64,000 nt of DNA from Ancylonema sp. Lineage: Eukaryota. Every line of letters begins with the position of its first letter. The stretch's first letter is position 1. The notes beneath the pieces are model-generated. The model was not told the origin of the DNA and did no database searches. It was given only the letters and a program-made list of their open reading frames with translations. The translations under genes and the position numbers were made by a program. The DNA lies in contig JBFLGF010000223.1 in NCBI GenBank assembly GCA_050230475.1, positions 1-64,000 on the forward strand. Direction: 5' to 3'. Below are positions 53,869-64,000 of the stretch, piece by piece.

Positions 53869-56800
53869 TTGTGTTCTTGTTTCTACTGTTGTCTGTTTCT
53901 CCAGAGGCTGTGTTGCTGAGCATGGTGGAAGCCTTCGGACACCACCCTGTGTTTGCGAGCATCGGTTGGGTGGGGGAGAGTGAGGGGCTCGGTTACAACA
54001 ACTCTCTGCCCTGCTCCTCCTCCTGGTCGTACGTCAGCTGCTACTGCGGATACATCTCCTTCATGTGAGCTCCACGGCCCTCAGGACGGAGGTTTTCGGA
54101 TTCGGATTCGGACTCGGATTCGGAGTCGGAGTCGGATCCGCATTTGGATTCGGATACGAAACACGTGTCCTTCCTCCCAGTCTCTTCCTGTCGTGTCCTT
54201 CTGGTCCCCACCATGTCAACCTCTCCCTTCTCCCTTTTTCAGCCAACTGGATTCTGAGGCCTACTCCTTCCCGACCGCTCAGCAGGATGCACGTGGAGGC
54301 TACGCGCCACCTGGCAACGCGTCATGGGCCAAGGGGTCGGTGAATGGGGGGCCGATTGAGGGCGTCATCCCGTGGAGCGAAGTAGCCAAGCTGCCGTACC
54401 TCAACTACCTCAGCCTCGCGAATAACAAGCTGTCCGGAAATGGTTTGCCCGAAAACATTGGGGACTTCACGTATCTGCAGTACTTGTGAGCTTCTTCCTT
54501 TTCCATCGACCCCTTTGTTTTTAACATTTGTTTTGCCCGTGTTTTGTCGGTGTTCTTACATTCTCCCCCCTCTTCAAATTGTTGCCGAATCGTTTTACCT
54601 TGTTTGTCGTTGTTGTCATTACCTTTTAGTGCGCTTGCTCGTTCGTTCGTTCGTTCGTTTGTTTGTTTGTTTGATCTCTTTCCTTTCATTTTTTAGTATC
54701 AGGTGTGCTTCTTCCTTTTTTTGGCGACCATCTCTCCTTAAGTTTATCATAAACACGCCAAAAACCGGTGCGCAAGCGGTGTGCATCCTTCCTCTCCGTC
54801 CCCCTCTCGTTCTTGCCTCCTCTCATCTCTCTCCCTCTCCCCTCAGGATGCTGTCTGCCAACAATTTGAACAGCACCATCCCTGCTTCCATCACCAACCT
54901 CAGCGGGACATTCGATGCCGACGGCAGACCAGGCTCAGTTGGGTTGGTGTCTCTGTAAGCTCGCCCGGCACCGTCCACCGCCTTAATCTGTTTCTGCCCC
55001 CTCCCCCATTCCGTGGTTTTGTTTTTCAGTTTTTTTTTTTCTGCCTTTATTTTTGTTTGGTGACTTCTTCTTTTTCTTCGGTTTCTCCTTTTTTTTTTTT
55101 TTTTTTTTTTTTCATATGTTTTTTCTTTATCATCATATGGCGAGTACGTTGGGTTCGGGCCTTCTGCTGCTGCCATCTGTCACATATTCCAGTAAACATC
55201 TGAAGCTATAATCTCAAAAATAAATATGCAACCTCTCTCTCTTCTGCCCTCCTCCCAATGGGCACACAACACTTATGGAACTCTCACTGCCCCTCCTCTG
55301 CTGCTCTCTCCCCTCCTACATGCAGAGATTTGAGCCAGAACCAGCTAACTGGTCCCCTCCCCCCCGCCCTGGGCGCCCTGGGGGTGCTTCAAATTCTCAG
55401 CCTCTACCAGAATCAGCACTCAGGATCACTCCCGGAAGACATTTGGAATTCGAAATCACTTCTCAGGATGTGAGTGTGCCTGTAAAGAGGTGTGGATCAC
55501 AGAGTGGCACTCCCAGTTCGCCTGTTTTCTGGACTGCTACCATATCTTACCTTCCCTCATCTCTACGTTTGTTTCATGTTTCCCCCTCTCCTTCCCCCCC
55601 CCCTTTACTTCTTGCAGCAACCTCGCCTTCAACTACTTCAACGCCACCCTCCCCTCCTCATGGTCCCAAATGACTCAACTCAACTACCTGTGAGTATCCC
55701 TTATGGCACACACACCGGTGTGTGTGTGCCGATCCTTACTCCCTCCCCCTTCCCTTTCCATCAAACTATTTACCACCACAATCTTCATCCGAATCTACCC
55801 ATCCCGCCCCTGCCCTCACCCTCCCCCCCCCACGCACGAAACAACAGCTGTCCTTCCCCTCACCCGCACCCCTCTCTTCTAATACACCCCTGTCTTCTGA
55901 TGGTCGCAGCACCCTGCAAGGCTGTGGGCTGTCTGGTGCCATCCCAGAGTCGTACGCCAGCCTCAGGTCCCACATGCAGCTGGACCTGTCCCGCAACCAG
56001 CTCAGAGGACCCTTCCCCAACTTCACCACCGCCCTTCCCGCACTGCAGCTCATGTGAGAGCCACCCACGAGTGTGGACCAAATGCAGAATTCGGGCGTGT
56101 TGTCGCTCCTCGTTCTCCTTTTTTTTTTTTTTTTTAAATCAATAAAAATAAAAATTGCCGTTTTTGTTTTTCTCTCTTATTTTTTCCTCTCTTTCCCCTA
56201 TCTTCATTCTTTGTTCTCTTCCCTCTATTATTTCCTCTACTTCCCTCCCTCTTTACTCTTTGTCACTAGGTTTCTCTCTTCTGTTCCGTATTTTGCTACT
56301 AATAATTTTTTTCCCTTCAAAATCGAAACTGATGCGACCGTCCCCCCCCCTCCCCCTCCTTCCCCTCTGTTACCTCCAGCGATCTGAGCAGCAACGCTTT
56401 ATACGGCCCCATCCCCACCACCCTCTGGGCTCCATCCAACCTCTCCTTCATGTGACCAACCTCAAACTCCCATCTCTATCTCTATCTCTATCTCTATATC
56501 TATCTCTATCTCTATATCTATCTCTATCTCTATCACTATCTCTATCTCCCTCCCTCCCTCCTTCCCTCTGCTTCCCTCTCTCTCAGCACTCTGTGGACTG
56601 CATCAATGCCTGCCTTCAACCTCCCTCCCCACCTTCACAGTCCTTGTTTCTCTGCACAGGTTGATTGTGAGGATGATGATGCTGAGTATGACAAATGAGC
56701 ATGCCTCTGTTCGTGAAGTCCCATAGTGACTCAGTCTTCTATTCTTCTATCCTTGTAGTCTTGTCATCAGTCTGGAAAAATGCACATCCACTCTCTCTCT

Positions 56801-57572
56801 CTCTCTCTCTCTTTTGTTTCCGACTGCTCTGACAGTGCGAAATATTTTTATCCCCCCCTGACAGTGACATCTCTGACAACTTTCTGACTGGCACCGCCCC
56901 CTCGCCCCCCACCAACCGGCCCTACCTCACTTTCTCGTAAGCAAAAAATATATTTGAGAAACAAGTATTTTCCTCCGCTTTTTCGTCTCACCCCTTCTCT
57001 GCCAGAAATCAAACAACAAGTACACGCAAATGTATATCTATATAACAAATCCAATCACAGAATGAATAAAGACAGCATTGATCGTCACAAAACATCCCCC
57101 CCCCCTTTTCCCTTACCCCCTTTCCCCTTACCCCCCCACCACCCCCCTCAGGTACCTGAGCAACTGCCTGACCCCCTCCACCCTCTCCATGAAATCCGCT
57201 CTCACCTGCTCCACCTTCTACACTGCCTCCTCCCCCTCCACCTCCCCGCCACGTCAGCAGTCCTCCGTCATCCTCCTCTGGTTCCTCGTCCCCTTCATAG
57301 TCCTGGCAGCCCTCGCTCTCCCCCTCAGCCTGCTCTGCTGGCGCCGCAGTCAGCACCACTGGGACAGCTTACCCCACCTGCTCGGAAAGAACCTGAAACG
57401 TGAACCCCCCCTTCCCCCCCCCCTCTGCTTTACTTTCTTCGGGTTTGGGGTCGAATACTTGGAACCTGAACCCAACCATTCTGCCATTCTGCCCTCAGAT
57501 TGTTGCTTCACTCCTCCTCTCCCATCATCAACACCATCTCCCCTCATCCCATCTCCCCTTCTCCTTCCTAAT

Positions 57573-57720
57573 TCCCCCTTTCCCCCTTTCCCCCTTTCCC
57601 CCTTTCCCCCTTTCCCCCTTTCCCCCTTTCCCCCTTTCCCCCTTTCCCCCTTTCCCCCCTTTCCCCCTTTCCCCCTTTCCCCCCTTTCCCCCCTTTCCCC
57701 CTTTCCCCCTTTCCCCTTTA
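57573..57720. repeat. (TTTCCCC/TTTCCCCC)n polypyrimidine repeat, intronic
   Basis: Read directly. Confidence 0.9.
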
Positions 57721-58799
57721 TCCCCCAATCTCTCCCACAGACACAGTGACGGCCTTCTCGCTCGCCGACCTGAAGCGCAGCACCAAGAACTTCAAGCACT
57801 GCATCGGCAAGGGCGGGTATGGCACTGTCTTCAAAGCCATCCTGAAGGACGGCACCATCGTGGCCGTGAAGCGCTCCGACCAGGTGTCGCAGCAGGGTGA
57901 TGTGGAGTTCATCCGCGAGGTGGAGCTGCTGTCCCGCGTACACCACCGACATTTGGTGAACCTGGTGGGGTTCTGCGCGGAGAAGGGGGAGAGGGTGCTG
58001 GTGTATGAGTACATGGCTATGGGATCGCTCTACCAGCACCTGCATGGACCGCAGGCGGAAGCGAATCCCTTGAGGTGGGACAGTCGGACCAAAATCGCCA
58101 TTCACATCGCACTGGGGCTGGAGTAATTGCATCACGGCGCATATCCGCCTCTCATCCACCGGTATGGCCAGTCCCATGATTTGATTTTTATTTTTATTCG
58201 TTGTTGTCGTTGTGAGGGAATTTTTTTTGCCTTCAGCTCCTCTTCCCCCCCCCTCCCAATCCCCCTCACCCTTCTCTTCTGATACCTTCTCCTCCCCCCC
58301 ACCCCCCCCTCCCTTCCCCCCTCCCAGCGACATAAAGTCAGCCAACATCCTCCTCTCAGCCGACGGGTATTGCAAGGTGGCGGATTTCGGGCTGTGCAAG
58401 GAGGCGCCAGGTGGGAGGGAAGGGGCGGAGAAGCTCATCCCCACAGGCACGGCTGTGAGGGGGTCTTTCGGGTACCTGGACCCGGAGTACGTGTGCACCT
58501 CAGTGCTGTCCGAGAAGTCTGACGTGTACTCGTACGGAGTGGTACTGCTGGAACTCATCAGCGGACACAAGTCGATCCACGACTGGCAGCAGCTCGCCTA
58601 CTGGGTGAGGGGAGAGGGGGTGGGAGGGTGGGAGGATGGGAGGGTGGGTGTGGCAGTGGGGGGGAAGGGGGGTGGGGTTGCTTGTACAGTTATGTGTGAT
58701 ATGATGATGTCATGTTTGCTGCGTAGGGCGCAGTTTTTTCAGCTGTTGGTCAGCACTACAACTATAACTTCTGATGTGAGCTTCCAATACAGAACAAGG

Positions 58800-58939
58800 C
58801 TATATGTACACATTCTGTACATATATATATATATATACATATGTATATACATATATACATATATACATATATGTATATATATACACATGTATATATATAC
58901 ACATATATATGTGTATATATGTATATACATGTATATCTC

Positions 58940-58998
<59 letters not shown>

Positions 58999-58999
58999 G

Positions 59000-59050
<51 letters not shown>

Positions 59051-59051
59051 G

Positions 59052-59085
<34 letters not shown>

Positions 59086-59095
59086 AATATGTACA
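58800..59095. repeat. Degenerate (AT)n microsatellite, intronic
   Basis: Read directly. Confidence 0.95.
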
Positions 59096-59439
59096 GAACA
59101 TAAAAATGTGTAGACATTCAGTCATCAGTCATTTCCTTTCGTACATGTGAAATGAGGACATATGCATCTGTGGGCAATTTGGCAGTCGGAGGAGTATCTG
59201 CGGTCGCGGGACAAGTGCCACCTCATGGTGGACCCCACCCTCAAAGGAGACTTCGATCTGGATGAGCTCCACGCACTCTGCGATATCGCGGGAAGCTGCG
59301 TCCAGGTCAGCACCTCGCCTTGTGGTGTGGGGAATAGAAGGAGGGTCTTAGGGTAAACGTGAGAGATCACTCTGATTTGGATACACGTGTTGCCTCAAAA
59401 TGTGATTTTCTGGGGTAACATTCAAAATTGCTTTTTCCA

Positions 59440-59587
59440 TAAATACATATATATGTATATGTATATATATATGTATATATATATATATGTATATATATAT
59501 GTATATATATATATTTATATGTATATGTATATGTGTATATATATATATATATTTGTATATATATACATATGTATAGATATATATGTA

Positions 59588-59635
<48 letters not shown>

Positions 59636-59722
59636 CACACATATATATATACATATATATATATATGTATTTATGTATATATATATACATATACATATAT
59701 ATACATATGTATATGTATATAT
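59440..59722. repeat. Degenerate (AT)n microsatellite, intronic
   Basis: Read directly. Confidence 0.95.
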
Positions 59723-61413
59723 GTAGGGTGACATTTAAATTTACTTTTACCATTTATGTATACTGTTACTTACTTATTGACTTCGTTTTTTTTGTGGCTT
59801 CGAACCAAAACAACCCGCAAGAATCGTTGCAAATCATATCACATAAATTGTATTTAACATAGCTCTCTCCTCCCATGACGGTGGGTGCAGGACCAAGCTG
59901 TACTCCGCCCCACAAGCCGTGATGTCGCCAAGTCCCTGGTGGAAACGTTCGGCCACGCCCTCTCCAGTGGCGCCTCCGTGTCGTCCGGGTCCTCTGAAGG
60001 AGACAGCTGCTCCTCGCCGACTCTCAGCCTTCCCAACCTCAAATCCGCCGACTTCTTGCACCAAAACTACTCCGAAGCCCTCCAGTGGGCTCCTGCAAAC
60101 ACGGCTGGTGTGAAGCTCAAGAAAGGGAAAGTTGCGGACGTCGCTGCGGTTAAGAAACTAGCTGATGAGAGCGTGTAGAGTTTGGCAGCGAAAGGTTTTG
60201 ATTCACGTTGGAGTAGAGATGTGGTAGTCGCCAAATCGAATCTACGCTAGCATGCATGCATGCATTCGTTAGGAGTTTGTTGAACAATCGTTAAACATGA
60301 CCAGAAGTGACGCTACCGTTTGAAAATTGGCGATGAAATTTGATAAGTATGTCACAACTTTCCTTCCCCACTAGTGCTAGTGCTAGCTAGTTATGATATA
60401 AAGAGAGGTTCGTTGTATAGTAGGTACGTCTACGTTTGCCATACAAGTATTGTTACGTTTTGCGCGCTTGCTCAGGAGATTTTGACTTGTGTATGTTGTT
60501 TCTGTTTAATATGGACTTGAAACAGGTTGTTAAAACGTATATATTTTTCCCATTTTGGGATTGACATAGATACTGTTTAGATTAAAGGTGAACACGTACC
60601 ATTTATTCAAAGTTGAGTCGAAGTTGAAAATCGAACAATCCCTGAATGAAACCAACCATGTCCATGAATTTAAGACAACGAAAAAAAATTAAAAATGAAA
60701 AAATAACCCACATGATTGTCTCACAAATATACTATTCATTGCTTGGTGCAATGCTGTAATCGCGGTCATCAATCTACATTAATCCGTCGTCTCCATTACA
60801 GAAAATTAATGATATGTATCTGTCAAATCTAATAGCCTCGTACCTATGTGTGAGGAATAGGTGTGTCCCTGTCCATAGCGGTTGGTCACATTAAAGTGTT
60901 TGACTTGTGTATGTCACTCCCTCGATACTGCAGCTGACTTTCGACAAAATCGTTTGGAGGATGTGCATGACAAGAATCGAAAAGGAACACGATGAAATGC
61001 CGAATCGGGTGCTTTAAATTCCGATCCATGATTTCATCCCAACCTATCTGCCCCATCGGCGATGGGCAACCGTAGACACCATTGGACCAAAATAACATAA
61101 CTGTCCACCCAGTGGTGCATTACCCTAAAATATACCCACTAGTCTAGCCAGCCGAGGCTGGAAGGTGAATCGCAGCCGAGGCTGGAGTGGATGGGATGAT
61201 TATATAATACCTGAGTCGCATTTTGAATTTGGCGCGGTCGGGTCGGATGACATAACAGAAGGCGCGAAAACCGAAGGTCTTCCTGTAGTACGGCATGTGG
61301 TAGGGCACCGTTATCACTCCAGGCCATAGACACGACCAGCTGACGCGTGGCGCTCCGCACACCGTACCAATCAGCCCTGGATCATGCGCGCCTAGAGTAA
61401 GGCACAGACAGCT

Positions 61414-62857
61414 GTGCGACGAAATGTAGGTGACAATAGTCAGAAGGTTGCGATTCGCCTCGTGGAAGGCGGTTGGCTTCGTCTGCAGTGCTTCATTTGG
61501 TGCCGCGGTATGGGAGAAAGAGTGCGCCCTGCAACTTTTCTTATCCTGGACAATTGGTTGCGAGGGGACGGGAAGCAGTCTCCTGGATGGGAGACATTGC
61601 AAGGTAAGGAAATCCTGGGTCGAATCGAATAGTCCAACAGTATTATTCTAGCGACCTCTATACAAGATATCGCTGCCTGCCCCTTTGGTTATTTCAGTCC
61701 TCGGTGCCGAACTGGTGGATGGAGAAGTTGCGGATGGGTCGCATTTGGGGCGATTGTTGGATCTAGCCGGCCTCAAAGCCGCTCTGAAGAGCGACACCAT
61801 CGACCAGGGCTGCGTCGTTCTCGTCAAGGCACTCCTCCACGGGGCCAACAGCGCCGACAAGGATCTGCTGCTACGCTCACAGACCGAGGTGAACGGATGG
61901 GATAACAGGACAGAACAGGGCAGACCAGAGCAGGTACATCCCGGCAGCCCTAACGGATGGTTATCGCAACAGGCGGTGCTGCAACTCTTCCAGCAGTCCG
62001 ACGCTGGCGAGAATGTTGAGCAAGTTCTGGAAGGGACGTTCGAGGAACTTTCCACTGACAGCCGAGTTCAAGCCAGGAGGGAAGAACTGAAATTGGCGTG
62101 GGAGGTGCGAGCTACACGCCTCTTCTCTCCATCTCTGCGTTCGCTGTGTCCAGGACCGTTGACCGTTGACCGGACCAACGGCGGGGGTCGGTGGGTTTGT
62201 GCAGGCGGGAATGGAGTCCGGCGCAATGCACAAGGTCTTGGAGCGCCACCCCTTCCAGGACCTCAAGGCAGACCTCTGCCAGCTGGCAGTAGGAGTTGAG
62301 GCCAAGCTGCCGCCCCCCGTGCTGCACAAGGTGATTCCACGGCAGGATGTTGACGATGTGTGCGAGCATGGGCGGCATGGTGCTGACGATCGCGCGTGTG
62401 CTCCACAGCTGTTCGAGGAAGCGGAGCAGGGGTCAGTTGCGAAGCACCTCGCAGCTCGTCCAGTGCCGAGACCGAGATCGAGAGCGAGTTCAGAGGTGGT
62501 GGCATTGCTCATCTCCATCGCGGCACAAGAGCTGCAGAGAAAGGTGAGGAAATGCGGCAGGCCTCATGGGTCTACTGCTACGAACCACGCAGCCTCTTTT
62601 TTCGGTTGGGGCAGGGAGGCAGCATTGCCCCCCCGGCAGGAGGTCGATTCGTCGAAGAAACACAGCTGGCAGCCAAAGACGAAAAGGAGAAAAGGAGATT
62701 AGACGTAGAGATTTTGAAGCTGAGGGTGGATCTGATGAAGAATCTTCCTTCCTCACAAGCGGAGGCGGAGGTGAAGCAGCGCCGGCTGCAGGAGCTGCAG
62801 ACCACTCTCCACCTCATCACAAGTGGAATACAAGTATTAAAGCAGGTGGCACTGTGA
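61414..62857 (+). other. Possible decayed multi-exon gene of unknown family (helical/coiled-coil) with short introns
   Basis: GC-rich coding-like blocks separated by ~80-100-bp GT..AG segments (donors ~61604, 61889, 62105, 62331, 62544). The last exon needs a frameshift and there is no clear ATG. Confidence 0.35.
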
Positions 62858-64000
62858 GAGAGCGCCTGCCAGAGCCGGCTGCCATGAGAGCATTTGCTCA
62901 AGGGGCTCAAAAGTGACGATGAGGGTTGGAGGGAGATGGAATCAAGGCTTGTGGTTCATATCTTCACAATGGTACCGAGAGTCTGCCTGCTATCGTAGCT
63001 TCAGTGACGAGCAAAATACCCTTTGAGATATGATAGACACAAAGGTGGCGAACATCAATCACCACTTCTTATAAGAGTATCTAGCCCACAATTCTGGGCA
63101 GAAGACTACAAAGTGAGACGAGAACGCCATGCAGCAATGTTGGCGGGTAGAACCCAAACTTGTTCATAACCACACACGCCTTGCTCATCTACTCATAGTG
63201 CGTCCTATAATTCTCACCAACGCGTGCGTGGTTTGAAGTTTGGAAAATGAAAGAACATTATGTGCAGCCGTACTACTTGTATCCAAACAGCGAAGTGTTT
63301 GATCGAAGTGCTTTAGTTAGTTGACGACAAGTTCTTCGGGTTCAAGTAAATTGTCAATGGACAAGCAACTTCACGATGATCGGTTGGTTTTCCTTCAGAT
63401 GGTCCTATTGCGTCGATAAAATGTATGCTTCATGCATACTTTTTATGCTTTTGTACACTTTGAGAGTCAAGCAAGCTAGTTTTGAGCTTTACAATGAATA
63501 TTTTGCGCATGTGTAACAATTGATGTAAGGAAATCCATCGATGTGTCGTTGAGCTGAGTTTGGATACAATTCATGAAGGTCAACCACAAAATGATTTGCC
63601 TAGATCTACGTGATGTCTACTACACGGAATATGACTTGCATTCCTTGGTTGAAACAAGAACAATATCATTTCCCAGATAAGACCATGGGAGTCTTTAGAT
63701 GAGACACATTGTCAAATGTGTTCGTTATGATCGGGGAGTGTACATTGTCATTGTGTGGTATGCATCATTAGACAAAATCAATGCATATGACCCATCATAG
63801 ACATCAAGTTTGTTTTAACGAGACTAGCAAGCCATCAACAAATTTAGGTATGGTTCCAGAAATCTTGCCTAACACATCACGGTCGAAAATACTCCAATCA
63901 GTTTTTGAATGTTGTTATACGTGGTTGTGTTTTGAACAATTCGAAGCCTCTAGCTTGTGTGAGCTTGTCATTGATTCATTCATTGATCACCGATGATTTC

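Larger units (their letters stand above)
53120..60178 (+). pseudogene. LRR receptor-like kinase with one in-frame TAA (58124-58126): young pseudogene, null allele or base error. Exons 53120-53276, 53905-54064, 54243-54485, 54847-54954, 55326-55469, 55618-55689, 55910-56053, 56380-56451, 56865-56936, 57152-57399, 57741-58161, 58328-58604, 59186-59305, 59891-60178
   Basis: Signal peptide; LRRNT (PCSSSWSYVSC); plant LRRs in 72/144-bp phase-2 exons; TM VILLWFLVPFIVLAALALPLSLLCW; kinase motifs [49 protein letters not shown] replaces the conserved LEYLH. Confidence 0.85.

Noticed and set aside
58124..58126. Alternative genetic code (TAA = Gln) explaining the RLK stop
   Set aside because: TAA and TAG terminate SDH2, the monooxygenase and GH9 normally, and Tyr rather than Gln is expected here.
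57350..58570. 406-aa minus-strand ORF
   Set aside because: Antisense shadow of the GC-rich kinase exons plus a polypyrimidine repeat.

Overview
Eukaryotic nuclear DNA with GT-AG introns, long (AT)n-type microsatellites and plant-type gene families. A class II TCP factor, GH9 class C-like cellulase, cpFHy1 and a multi-exon LRR-RLK point to a streptophyte, probably a charophyte alga or early-diverging land plant (inference). I reconstructed eight host genes by splicing by eye: SDH2; a 3-exon two-TM protein with a 118-aa internal duplication; a 10-exon GH9 endoglucanase with a CBM49/CBM2-like plus 2x PAN/Apple tail; chloroplast FMN hydrolase; a 14-exon GOLD-domain protein with a probable GC-AG intron; an FAD monooxygenase; an intronless CIN-like TCP; and an LRR-RLK with one in-frame TAA in the kinase. 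A nested TE cluster (18.3-22.8 kb) holds an RLE-type LINE fragment and three related chromovirus LTRs. Most interesting: (1) the GH9-CBM-PAN-PAN architecture; (2) a probable tRNA-independent self-priming site plus a covarying 10-bp/10-nt hairpin in all three LTRs; (3) all seven pol stop codons explained by C>T in CAG context; (4) a ~115-bp element in the same orientation 330-400 bp upstream of two unrelated genes. No searches were run; family names rest on recalled motifs.
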